A stretch of DNA of 64,000 bases from Orbicella franksi. Lineage: Eukaryota. The DNA is taken from positions 2,542,001-2,606,000 of the forward strand of contig OZ116704.1 in the NCBI GenBank assembly GCA_964199315.1, written 5' to 3'. Shown in pieces: positions 47,901 to 60,866 of the stretch (position 1 is its first letter; every line of letters starts with the position of its first letter). Position numbers and translations under genes: made by a program. Under the pieces are notes generated by a model. The model worked only from the letters and a program-made list of their open reading frames with translations. It was not told the origin of the DNA and did not search any database.

Positions 47901-50900
47901 GACCCCAGCTGCAAAGGGCCTATTGCAGTCTTTCAAGGTATCCTTGTTTTGTGGTGAATGTTCTTACCAGTTTTAAATGGAATGAGTCCTCTCCAAGGCT
48001 TTCTGCTCCCAAGATGTCACATACAGGAATGTGTCCAAGAGTAGCTTTGGTCTTGTCCTTGGAGTACGAAAGACCTTTGTTTGTCAAAACAAAGAACCTC
48101 TTTTTGAAATTTTTAAATCCTAACCTGCTTCGTCCTTGGGCTCGCTTTATCAACATCCTGATGAAGGAATCGCAGTACAATTTAGAATTATCATTAGTCA
48201 GTAAAGAATAAAACGTGCCGTGTTAATGGCTCTGGAAACGTGCTTCAAGTTATTGGGTCAATGACACAACATACAATCTTACTTCTTGTCAAGATAAAAC
48301 TTGTTTTGCTTTTATCCCTCGTATATTTTATCTTGCTAGTTAACACAGTATTAGCAAAAATAATTGTTGTCGTCATTGTCTTTGTCATCATTGTCGTCAT
48401 CATCGTCATTGTCACTGTCATCGTCATCGTCATCGTCATAATCGTCGTCATCACCTTTGTCATTGACATCATCATCACATTAATTTTGCCACAATAAAGA
48501 AAGATGTACTGTATGTACAAGTACAGTTTGAGCTCTGAAATGTCAAAGTTGTTGAGCATATAAATATCATCATAATTATTATCTTTATAATTCAGCCAGC
48601 TCACAAGTTACGAAGTGAATGTGCAACTCTATAACAGTGTGAGTGTGCAACTCACCCCTCCTTGAGAACAATGGTAGAGTCTACAGGCAGCCCTTGTGCT
48701 CTACTGGGTGATGAGATGATCTCCAAGAACTGAAAAGTTTAACAAAATAAGTTATTACAGATTAAAACTTAATTCTTCAACATGCTAAACACCGATGAGT
48801 GCCCTCCTAAAGAAATTCTCAACTGAGTATCATAAAGCCATAACTCAAGTAATCAGTTCGACCAATCACAAAGGAGGTAGAAAATCCATTAAAGCTATAA
48901 GAAGTAGAAGCAAATTCATGTAGCTGATGCAAAGTACAGCGCATGTGTGGCAGGTCATATCCTCCTTTTTTAACAATAATTATTGCATACAGCCCGTTAC
49001 TGTAACATAGTAAGTTGCATAGTTGCATCCTGAATAAGCATGTAACTTACCCTTTTGACAGCAGTTATGTGTTCCTGATCAAGAATTAATGACTTCAATG
49101 TTTCCATATAAGGTTCTTTCACCTGTCCACACTTTTTTAAGAAATAAAACACACCAGTAGTTAAGGATTTAATTTGTCTTTCTCAGTTATCCATACAGTG
49201 CTCTTGATTTTAAGGGGAAAAAATGTATATCAACCTACCAGGACAGAACTCACAACATTTCCTAAACTTTGTATTGCCTTGGATATAAGTGTTAGAGTCC
49301 TTGCTGTCTGTGCATCCTAACACAACAACAAACAACAAAATACATCAACAGATTGTTTCATTGCACTTTGCATTGGACAAGAAATACGAATGCAAAGCAT
49401 TCCTCATACTGTCAGCAGCAAAAACAGGTTCACACACATTCACTAGCAGACTTCCAGTATTCTTCAATCTGTGTCACATGGTATGACAAAAGTCTTACTA
49501 CAGCCTAAGGAAAGAGCAATGCCATAGCTAGGCTTTTAACTCTTCCTATGTTGTACCAGCAGTTGTAACAGGCTACTCTCTTAACAAAGTGGATACATAT
49601 CAAACTGCAGAGTCAGGGGATTATAAGCAGGCTTAAAAGACTGAACAGAAAAGTCAATGATTAAATAGTAATAGTTATTAATAGCAATATCAAAATAAAA
49701 TGAAATAATCAAGAGAAATTAAAATTTCTGTAATGTGAAGTCACTTACCGGGTGTTCATTTCTCATCTGAAATAATTTAGGGTTTAAAATAGCAGGGGCA
49801 AAGAATCTCAGGAACACAAAACCACTCACTGATGTGTAACAGACATCCTCATCATCTGAATTAAAACAAAAGATAGACAGTTTGTCAGTACGACAGAAAG
49901 ATATGTAATACATTGCAAACATAGGCATCCCATGGTAAACAGATGGATGGAATATGAAAACAAGCACAGAAACATCATGAGCACTCACTTTAATATTACC
50001 ATAAAAATATTTAACATAGTTTACACAGCATGACATTAACACTGAACAACTGCAAACAACAATGTTGCTGTGGTAACAACGACCAAAAGAAACATTTCTT
50101 GCTTTGAACGTCTAACTTTGACTTTTAGGATGTTTTGCAGTGAACACTTTCCATATAGACAGCTGCATAATTTATAGTATATTATGTCATTACATGTATG
50201 GACAGAATAATAAGTCCTGACAAAGTTTGGTTACATTTTCTAATAATTCATTGTCAACTGTTGTGCCAAAGAGTTCTTTCTAACTTTGCAGACTCCCCAG
50301 AGAATTATGTGGTCTGTCCCTTTTCTCTCTGTGGCACTGTACTGACCTTTCCATTTAGTGAATAAAACAAAAAAAAACCTCAATTTAGACACAGCATAGC
50401 ACAAGACAGAATCCTTTGGAATGGAGTGTGACTTTAACATATCATACAGACACATCTCCAGAACCAACATTTTGGCATGTCCCTCTGATGTCCATATTAG
50501 AGAGGTAGGTTCAAATGTATTTCAGTCATAAATTTAAATGTTACAGAGCATCTTACTTGGAAACTTCCAAGCAGCAGCTTCTCTAATGTTGTGGAACACC
50601 TGACACATGACAGTTGGGCATGCCATGGCTGAACAAGTGATGGCTGCAAATAATCTGTTCACATACCCTCGGAGATGAACCTGTCAATAAAACATTACAC
50701 AACAACACTCAGTAATGCAATATGCTGTACAGAGGAGATACCTTTTGTAAGAAGCATGTTTCATTGGGAGGATATCAATCACTATCCAGGTATTGAGAAC
50801 TCCCTTTTGGGGAGTTTGGGAAGTTACTGCACTATACTAATAGCTACTAGATACTAGTCAAGGCCAGAAAGGACTCCAAAATCTACCCACAACAGCCATC

Positions 50901-53900
50901 ATTTTACACCTCTGCTGGCATTAATTGATATCACTGTAAAAAATAAATAAAATAAAATAAATATTTTTAAGTACGATTTAGCAAACTGCCAGCTTACCAA
51001 ATTTGCTTCTAACGATTCTCCTTCTCTCAGTTTTGCTGGGTCAATTTCACAGCGTTTGTGGTCTTCAAAAATCTGCAAAAATTAAGCTTGGTGTCATAAA
51101 CCATTTCTCTATCTACAAATATGATGCTAACTTTTCCAACAGCAACCAAAGGCAGTGTTATATTCAATCGTCAAATAAAGCTTTGGGCTGTTTCGCTTCA
51201 ATCTCTTGGGAAGATAGTCAGAAATAGACAGATGTTAAGTAAAATGCCTATGTTTGAGAGAAGTTCATGAGCTAATGGGTTAAAATTTCAGTGGACATAT
51301 AGAGCTGACTCACCTCATCTACAAGACATTTGATGGTATCATGAAGGTAGTACATGCCAGCATGTTTCATGAATTCATCAACTGACTTGGTTGCTACTGA
51401 ATTGCCTCTAAAAAGTGTATTGGGATCTCTGAAGGAAAAACGTAATTTTGTGGATAAGCTTATCAATGAACATATGTCTTAGTTCACAGATTGATACACA
51501 AACTTACCACAGAAGCTAAAAACCCAGCTAAATCATCCTCTCCTCTTTAAAAATACCACACAAATTTTATAGTACCGGTAATAATGGAGAATCGATCAAT
51601 CATCAATCAATCAGTCAATCAAACAATCAATTATCAGGATTTGTCTTTCATACAACTTTCTGCAACAGCTAGACCAAAAGGAAAGACAATTTGACAAAGG
51701 GGTAAATTACTCACTTTGTATTTTGGACTTCATGATCTACAACCAGCTTAATGAAGTCTACAACCTGCAATTATCAACAACATAATGTATAGTATTAGAC
51801 CAAAAAAATTATGTTTATTAATACCTAGCTTGAGATGCACATTAGTCAAGGTTAAACTGTGATGAACAGGTGAGAAGTAACACATAATACAAACAACTAC
51901 TCATGAAGAACCACAGGAACATAACCTGTTTTATGTATTCTGCACTTGGGTCAAAGTGGCCAGTGTTTTCTCTGTTCTCTAGTGTCAAGCAGGAGTATTG
52001 TTACCATGATTCTCTGGATCTTAAATTCCCCCAGCAATTTGTAAGGCTACTGTTAAGCAGTTATGATAAAAGTAGCTATTATCTACTTCTGGATGAAGAG
52101 AGTAATTTCTTGTATAGCTACCCAAAGCTGGACTGAAAAGGTTTTCAATCAAATTATCCGATGGACATTTTTGAACCCAAAGAAGGCCTTGCAGATACTT
52201 AGTGAAAGGTGTAAATTAAACTTTTCTGGTTATCAACATTTAAATCATTTTGAGAAAACTAAAAGAGCAGAGCAAACCTGATTATGATGAGAGAAAACCC
52301 TAACAAGTGACCTCGCCACTGAAGCCTTGTCCTTCACAAGATCACCAAGGATATGAGCAGCAGTGGGCTGCACATCCTATTAAAAAAAACAAACCAAACA
52401 ATATAACACGTACATTCAAATTATTGGTCAAAAAGTTATTCCTTCAACTTGGTTTCAAAAAACAAAAAAAACTGCTAGAGATAAATGATCACAGCTATAA
52501 TGGCTTGTAGTTGTTGTTGTTTTGTTTTTGCATGTTATTGCAATTGTGCATTAATTAACTTCTGTACCTGACCATCCTTGATGCCTAAAATTGTTTCCCT
52601 CAAAGGATCATAAAAACTTGAAGGGAAGACATAGTCTTGAGTGTGGCACACTCTAAGTCTCAATGAGCCTAGTTCTTGTTTGCTGGGAGGGTCATTTTTA
52701 TCCTCACGAGGTCCAAGCCAATACCTGCAAGAGCAAGCAAGAAAAAACAGCAACATGATGATCAGAATCTCAACTTAGTTTGTTGTTGTTGTTGTTCTTG
52801 TAAAATTCCAACTTGTTTAAACAACAGTGCAGTACATGTATTTGACTTTCACAGCTAGTGTACAAGCCATGTTTAAAAAAAAACAAATGGTCAGATTACA
52901 TCACAATTTTTTAGTCCCACTGTACAAAGTCTTCTAGGAAAAAGATTAGAACAAGTAAAACTGTAAATTTACTATCAAGCATTTTAAAGGAATATTTACT
53001 GCAAGTAATTTCATCAACTACCGTTTGGTTTACAATTTTAATCACATGTTATGGGACAGATGTGTATCTCACTACTACGTAACACTCACCATCCTTCGTG
53101 CGTTGATGACAAGTCACATTTACTTAGAGGAACCCTGACCTACAGGTCGATAAGAACAATGGCACATTAAAATCTGGCATCAAACTAAAATATGCTAACT
53201 TATCACTAGCTTGACGTATGTTGTGACTGATTTCTTAATAAAGACTTCTACTACTACTACTAAGCCATTGCAACTAAAAATCTTGACACAACCATGTCAT
53301 TTAAAACCAGAGCTAATGTTTAATTTTCTTGGACTTTTCAAGTAAATAGCCTAACTTTCCATGCTCCTGTCTTTCACTTAAGACAATTTACTGTAGGTAC
53401 CACTTATAAATTAAATCACCACCACTTACTTCTCCTAAGAAGATATCTTCTCCTATAAGACTTGCACTCCATGCTGCACATCTAAAATGTCAATCAAAAG
53501 AAAACTTATTTACAACTGCATGTTTCTTTTAAATTAATAATAAGTTTATGACTAAAAATACTATGGCATTATCGTGATAGTTTATGATCTGATATCAGCA
53601 TACATGAATACTATTGTAATTATATTATAACACACCTCAAGACCAAACTTTCAACATCATCATCAGGTATCTGCAAAACAGAAATTTTAACAATGATAAT
53701 GGAGTCTGGCTGAGGAACACTTTGATTTGGATAATGCAATTAAAGAGTAATTTTTTGGGATATTTTTATTTTCATTTTGTTTTAGTTTTCTATATTTTGG
53801 GGAAGTTTTTTATAAATAAAAATATATTCCACTTGCACTCATTTGATACGAGATGATTGTCGCAACTTGGTGAAACGTGCCTCTTTGGCTCATATCCAAA

Positions 53901-56900
53901 GCATGCCTGTTGAATAAATTGTTAATTACTATTGTTATACATCCTTTAACGCTTGCTTTACAAGAGGCACAGTCTCTACATACAGGTATTTTCTGCTGTT
54001 GGCGGTTATTGCATACCTCAAAGAGAAATGATTCTTCAAACTGAGGATTTAAAGTTCTCTTCTTGACTTTGGTCTTTTTAGGCTCTGACCTGCAGAAGCA
54101 ATTAAAAAAGCAGGTACGTTATGTGACATCTTGCAAATTATAATACAGTTGGATCCTGCTAATTTGTACTCAGTTATTTCAAATTCCCCATTATTTTGAA
54201 CTCGAAACCCTGGGATTTGCCCTTCACAGGTCTTCTGATAGGGTGCAATAATAACACAGAAATGACGCAAAATTTTCGGGGCAGATTATGCCACAAGAAC
54301 GGGTTATTATGTGATAAAATATGCAAATTATGCAATATTTTCCAAGCTATTTTAAGCTTGTTTTACTAGGTTTAAGAACAAGAAAACCATTTTTGGGCTG
54401 CTCCAAAGACAAATTGAACATCAAGGAACAATAATTAAACATCTATGGGCATATGGAATAAGAAAAGACTTGAGGTGCTTGCCACCACAGAATTCCCAAG
54501 ATGATCTATTACAACGACGAACAAACCCTCTTGAACAGCTTATCATCCAAGTGAAAGAGGTATCTTTTTCAATCTTTTAAAATTAAATTTGGCAGGAAGT
54601 GCCACTCAGTCTTTTCAGTCTAAGAAACAGCAGGCATTTTCACTTATCCGCAAGCGGCATTTGTTTCATTCCACAAATTCCACTGAAATAAACATTGCTT
54701 GGACCACATAAATAAATAAATAAATAAATAAATATACATTTATATAGCGCCATTTTCCATTAATTGTCCATGGCGCTTTACAATACTTTAAAATTAAAAT
54801 CCTAAGTTTAAAATCCTAAAATTAAAATCCTAATCCTTTAAAAACCAAAAATCCTAAATCCTAAAAGTTAAAATCCTAAGAATTAAATACGCTATATAAT
54901 ACAATTAGACTACAAATAAAAAGTAAAAAACTACAAATCAAATGAACGCTTAAAAAGATAAGTCTTAAGATTAGCCTTAAAAACTGCCTCTGATGATGAA
55001 AGTCTGATCTGGAGGGGTAGTTTGTTCCAGAGCCTTGGTGCCACCACGGAAAAAGCCCTTTCACCACACATTTTAAGATTTGCTCTAAGCTCATCAAGCA
55101 ACCTGTTGTTTGAAGATCTTAGTGTGCAACCAGAAATGTTAAATCGCAGTAGGTCTCTAATGTAATCAGGGGCCAGCCCATTCAGAGCTTTGTAAGTTAA
55201 CAACAATATTTTGAAAATAATCCTAAAATGAACTGGCAACCAATGTAAGCTCCTTAGTATTGGTGTGATGTGTTCCTGCCTTCTAGTCAAGGTAACATGC
55301 TGCTGATATGCCAAAAATTCTGATTGACCAAACCAAAGAAAGGGATTGTTTGCGTTACACCAATAGACTATTCTTTGAGAATATTCACTTCGATTGTTTA
55401 CAAAATCAAAGATTGTAGAAGGTTTTCGAGGCTTTTTCAAAGGAAAATCAACTTGAAATGACGTGTAGATATGGGATTTTTCCTGATAAAGTGTCAAGTA
55501 AACGTTTATTTTGTTAAATTTGTGCTATTTTTTCATGAATTGTGCCATTTTTCATGAATTGTGCCATCGGATATGCGATTTGAGGTCAATTGTGAGAAAT
55601 TGCACCATCGCATAATATCAGAAGGCCTGCCTTCAGTCAATTTGCTATCAGCTTTTTTGAACTCCCACTATTTCGAACTTTTTTTTTTTTTTTCGTTTCC
55701 CAAGTGTTCGAAATAGCAGGATTCAACTGTACTATTAACTACACATTGAAAGGACTACAGTAATCACGTATGATCAGACGTGTTGGAGAGTTGCTATCAT
55801 TGGCCTAAGTACCTTGAGAGCGACCCATGTACAGTGATACTGACATAAGGATCAGAAAATGTTCCATTTCCATTGCATCCATACAAATCAGCGCATTCTA
55901 AAATCCTAAAAGAAAACAAACAAAACATATTCACACAAAGCACATTCACCAACAATTTGGAATCACACCTTTAATTATTTTGTGGTCTCTTTTTCATTTT
56001 CCACTTCTTCTCTTTTTTTAGTAAGTGGGAAGGGGGTGTTACACGTTCTACTGGAGGGGTTTTTCCATCCAAGATATCATTAAGGAGAGGTGTGTTTTTA
56101 ATAAAAATGAATAAACTGTCTTATCAAATTTCCAAAGCTCTACAATTTACAATGTTTCAGTCCTATGAAGCCGTTTAAATCAGACAAGCAAACCATAAAG
56201 TTTGCATGCATTATCCATGCAATTTACGGGCTGCAACAAAAACAAATCTTCGGGAGCTTGCCATTTAGGCAAGATCTAAATATGATGTACTAGCCTGAAA
56301 ATCATTCTCTGTAGCTCCCAAAACACTTCCCCATAAATGCAGTACCAAGAAACATCACTTGCCCAGAGGGCAATTGACAGACAGAAGTCACAATCTGACT
56401 AGACAGTCCACTAGCCCTGGGCTAGGACTTTCTTTGCACACTGCTTTAAAATAATGCTACACGTAATTTCAAATACATTTAAAACATACCTTATACTGAT
56501 TTTGGGTGTACTAGAGTATTCATCATCATCTGTATCAGGTATAAATTCATAATGTTTGATTTCTAAATGTATTCTTCCTTGAACTTCAGTATCAGGTTCA
56601 ACCTGAACCAGAGGAAACCACGAGTCTGATGGGTAATTATGGACACTGCCTTTCTTTATTGCAACCTAAAAGAGCAAAACAAATTAATTTAATTTACACA
56701 ACAATCTGGAAAATAACATGTAGCATTCTAGCATTGCAAATTCTCAAAATGATTTTCCCACAACTGTATTGTTTTGATCTCATATCAATAAGACCAGTGA
56801 CATTATAATTTTGCACCTTCTCCCTCCCACACAGGGCCTGATTTTCTTATTAAACAACAATATTTCAGACGAAGTGTGTGTCTTACTTAATTGATATGAA

Positions 56901-59238
56901 ATAATTAGCTTAAACATCAGAATGCAATTAAAAATTTTAACAACTGACAACAACTCAAGAAATGTAACAAAAGGGACTCCATTTGCTTGTTCAACACATT
57001 ATAGTTTATGTTCAGATGAGAACGTAGACAACATAATTCACTTGTCTTATTATTAGTCTACTGTACCAATATCAGCCTGAAAAACATGTAGCAAGGTCTG
57101 TTTTATCCCCCCAGGCTATGAGCTAGTACATGTACCATTGGTTTGTGCCAGATTGGACAAAAATGCAGTTACTTAGGCAAACAAAGCACAGAATAATACA
57201 ACTTAAATAAGCACACAAACAGCTTTAATTGAGAAAGGACAAATGAATACCATTTGGGAAAAGAAAATAAGATAAATAAATACACTTACCTTTCCTAACA
57301 CTGTATCCTTTCCTATAAGGTCAGTGTCAAACAGATAGAAACACAATGTCCTAAAGTCTCTGGGAACTTCAAAATGTACATCTTCACCGAAGAATGGGCT
57401 GTCAACAGAAAAAAAAAACACACAACCAACAAGCAGTTCATCTACATGTATTAAAGAATCTTTTTATCACTCTTTGCTTTCTTAATTAAAGAGCTACTAA
57501 CAGTATAATTCCAATTTTTTGCAACCTCAATTCTTTCTTACCTTTTGATTATTTGAATCAATTTTTTGATCCTCGGCAAAAAGGTTATGAGAAACCAGTA
57601 TCCTTGATTTTTGAACCTTCCAATTTTCTGAGATGGTTCAAAAATCAGGATATATTTTCACTGTATGTCACACATGACACTGAACAGAATTACTTTCAAA
57701 TTGAAGGAAACCTTAAACTTACAAATTATTTTCTAAAGCAGAAAAACTCCAAAGAAGTAATAACAAACTGAAAATACAAGGACAGTTATGATGTGATTGA
57801 TATTACAAGGGAATTGAAAAAAATTGCCAATTTTTTTTTTTTTTTTTTGAAATTCTAACAAGAGTCACACTACCTTCCCATCACTCACAGGTCCTCAGAG
57901 GAGATAGCATTTACAATTTGTCAAGTTTCACAAAATTTGACAGGTAAAGATCTGTATTAATTAACATAATAATCAATGATGGTTTCTTTCAAGAACGTGA
58001 AGGGTAAATTATTCATATTAGTTCAGAAAAAAATTGAGACATGTTTCTTTTATATATTACCACACATTAGTTTGAGAAATTGAACATATTGAAAAATCAA
58101 TAAAGCTTCTTCTAGACTCTTGGAAATATAAGAATTTAACTCAGTTAAAAAACTCAAAATATGTAGAAGTAGCAGGAACGTAGTTATCTTGAAAACTGAG
58201 TTTGCATGATTAATTAAATAATTGAAAATGCTTAAACCAATTAGTTTGAAATATCAAAATTAACATGCCCTCAAACCTTAGAATTTAAAGAACACTTCCA
58301 CCACAATTTAGAAAAAAAAACAATACTCCACTCAGATTTCAAGAGTAAGATAAATTACGTTAGCGAAGAGTAAGTATTTACGATCGATTTAAATACACTA
58401 ACAAAACATTCTCTTGCGTGAGTTAAGCTAACAGGAACAATTAAGTTTTCAAGTTCCTGATTTAAATAGACGCCGGAAAATTAAGCACGGTAGAAGCAGC
58501 ATCGTAACTGCATTTTGCATCAATCAAATCTTAGCAGATCTGTTTTCTCTTAGACTCCGCCTCGTGTGCCATGTATCACACGCTTTGAAAGTAGCTGCTA
58601 ATGTAACCTTAATCAAATATCTGTCTGCCGCGTAAACGAGATTTCTGTGCAATTTCGTATGCAAACCACGTAAAACCACTTAACCGTTTTTTTCAGTACA
58701 AGATAAAAATCTAAAACATGGGCTCCAAGGCTCAAATATTACGACAACAAAGTAAATGAAAATTTTAAGGTCAAACAGGGGTAAAACACACACAACCGCG
58801 TGCTGACGTTACGTTGGACTAGTAAAAAACTACAACCTCAGCCCGACAAGACGAAACATAACTTAACCAGTGTTGCAAGTTCTATCAAATAAGCCTCAGA
58901 ATTAAAATATGATATCTTTTGATATGCCATGAGTCTGTGAAATTATTAAAATATAAGGCCGCTTAGGAAATACAAAATTTATTACAGGAACTCACCACAA
59001 ACTTTTCTCCACTGTCGAGGTCCTAAATACTTGTTCTTGATCGAGTGTCACAACACAATAGCAGTTTCGTAAATATCTCGGTTCTTTTCTCGGTTGCAGG
59101 TTTTTCGCTTCCCCTAGAAAATCACACGGTTAACGTGAAGCAATTCGTGAATGGATTCGATGCTGTTGTGGGCTTACCTATCCTTATTTTGAGTGTTTCT
59201 TCAATCCGTACATCACACAAGTTCACACCAGCCGCCAT
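44949..59238 (-). CDS. RASA3: GAP1-family Ras GTPase-activating protein (C2-C2-RasGAP-PH-BTK), RASA2/RASA3 type, 26 exons, ~814 aa
   Basis: Exons 59238-59178, 59113-58996, 57398-57290, 56665-56490, 55905-55813, 54089-54017, 53670-53636, 53481-53430, 53139-53090, 52724-52568, 52376-52278, 51764-51715, 51428-51314, 51072-50998, 50680-50557, 49855-49749, 49316-49254, 49122-49051, 48729-48656, 48157-47968, 47288-47218, 46843-46754, 46401-46354, 45866-45760, 45543-45375, 45015-44949 (2445 nt, phases consistent). Motifs [58 protein letters not shown]. The last exon is the least certain. Confidence 0.93.
47491..47924. mobile_element. 434-bp full-length foldback element with AAT-AG..CT-ATT ends
   Basis: Imperfect palindrome over its whole length, centred on GTTGCTGGAGAGCAAG-AC-CTTGCTCTCCAGCAAC (loop 47703-47704); ends AATAGGCCCTTTGCAGCT / AGCTGCAAAGGGCCTATT. 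Confidence 0.92.
48365..48478. repeat. Degenerate (RTC)n trinucleotide microsatellite in a RASA3 intron
   Basis: GTCATCGTCATCGTCATCGTCATAATC-type run. Confidence 0.85.
54227..55629. mobile_element. 1.4-kb non-autonomous DNA transposon (14-bp TIR, apparent 6-bp TSD)
   Basis: CAGGTCTTCTGATA at 54227 and TATCAGAAGGCCTG ending 55629; CCTTCA at 54221-54226 and 55630-55635. Confidence 0.7.
54708..55300 (-). mobile_element. L2 LINE 3' fragment
   Basis: Encodes [46 protein letters not shown]...[17 protein letters not shown]...[10 protein letters not shown] (classic L2 ORF2 C-terminus); 3' stem GCGCCAT..ATGGCGC and (TTTA)n tail. Confidence 0.92.
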
Positions 59239-59300
59239 GTCGAAGCCATCCTTGTCACATGACCCCAAAATGTAAATTTTGATTGGATAACCGCTTCCGG
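59231..59300 (-). promoter_or_regulatory. RASA3 proximal motifs: ETS, CCAAT, YY1-like over the ATG
   Basis: CCGGAAGCGG (59300-59291), CCAAT (59286-59282), ACATGGCGGC overlapping the start codon. Confidence 0.4.
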
Positions 59301-60574
59301 TAACATCTTGATTTAATTTCCGGTTTAGTCTTCTTTTCCCGCGCTTTCTGATTCCTGATTGATATTTTATCCCCTTCATTTTGAAAAACAAGCCCTTTCT
59401 TCACTGGCAAAGCCTTGTATTTCATACAACCCTCTGAATTGTCCCGAGGCAATCTATGTAATACATCTTTTGCGGCTAGAAAGGATATTAAATAAAGATG
59501 AAAAAGATAAGGGAATTTACGATACTGGCGCTGTCATTTTATTTATAACAATACTGAAAATTACATTATGCATGGTGAATTTATGTTGCAAAATATTAAA
59601 CTGAGCACTTTTCAGAGCAATGAAATATGGTGCGCAGCACAGATTCGTAAGAACAGTTCTCAAATCTTTTATCTGATGGGGCCGATTGAATAATTTAATG
59701 AGCTCTGGACCAAAATTATCCTAATTTTTTTTAATAACTTAATATTCGCCGTGCCGTTGTTAGGATATTTTTGAACATGGAGTCTCTCCAATTCTAGTAC
59801 TTTTCAGTAAACTCACTGAGGGCTGCTGTTACACAAAGAGCCTTGGTTACATTGTATATGTAAACATAGTTTATTAACTATCTTCCAATCACGCTACCAA
59901 CTACAACTGTTCATAAATAAAACACCTGCCTCTTAGTCATGAGGATGAGATCGGCGAGCCAAAGATCAAAGGATGTGACGCAGAAAATACTGAACTAAAT
60001 ATGCGTCACGGCGGTAATTTTGTGTTATATTTATCGGGTATTGTCCCCAAAGTGTTTGCCATGGGCTCAGTTGTGGGAGACTTAACGGTAATTTGTAAGC
60101 TTAGATTCTTATTTATCATTGGTTGATCTTGATAAGACCAGCGCTTTCTAAAGTGCTGATACATTAGTTTTCTAGGATACTGATACAGCGGAAGTTATTG
60201 TTATTATTATTATTACTATTTTACTCCTTGACCCAGGTGTAGATGGAGTTAGGGATTTTCCACTAAGGCTCCACGTTCCCTCCCTGTTTCCTCGTTTAAC
60301 CTTTCCCGACAACTCGGTCGTTTAACGTCTTTTTTACAACGGGCTTCAGAGTGTTATTTGTGATTCGACAATAGCAATCTGAAAGCCTTCGGATATTCTG
60401 CGAATTGCCGAAGATGAGCCCTTAATTTACAAACGGTCCTCAATAATAAACGGCCCAACTATTGCAACAGCCAAAGCACTTGTAAATGTGTTCTGAACTT
60501 GGTGCCCGACCCTATTCTGTCCTATTCTATCTTGCTTTTCTACACTCTCCTTTGACTTTACTTCACTTCAATTT

Positions 60575-60750
60575 CTCTACTCTACTCTACTCTACTCGAC
60601 TCTACTCTACTCGACTCGACTCGACTCGACTCGACTCGACTCGACTCGACTCGACTCGACTCGACTCGACTCGACTCGACTCTATTCTACTCTATTGTAC
60701 GTATACTCTACTCTACGTATACTCTACTCTACTCTACTCTACCGTACTCT
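60575..60750. repeat. Pentanucleotide microsatellite (CTCTA)n/(CTCGA)n
   Basis: Pure CTCGA run at about 60611-60680 flanked by CTCTA units. Confidence 0.95.
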
Positions 60751-60866
60751 TTACCACTCCACTTAACTCTATCGTAGTCTGCTCTTTTTACACTGTTCTA
60801 CACTACTTTACTATGTACTGCCCTGTTCTAATCTGTTCTTCTCCAATGTATTCCATTGCAGTCTAT

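Larger units (their letters stand above)
54146..55729. mobile_element. Tc1/mariner-type MITE split by nested insertions
   Basis: TA-CAGTTGGATCCTGCTA (54144) and TAGCAGGATTCAACTG-TA (55731) inverted termini with TA flanks; body interrupted at a CCTTCA duplication. Confidence 0.7.

Noticed and set aside
48240-48604. Thr/Met-rich and Ile/Val-rich ORFs; possible poly-Asp cassette exon
   Set aside because: Products of a trinucleotide microsatellite; no AG acceptor follows the upstream pyrimidine tract.
54931-55497. 188-aa ORF as a host gene
   Set aside because: Only the last ~120 codons are L2 ORF2; the upstream part is chance read-through into the flanking transposon.
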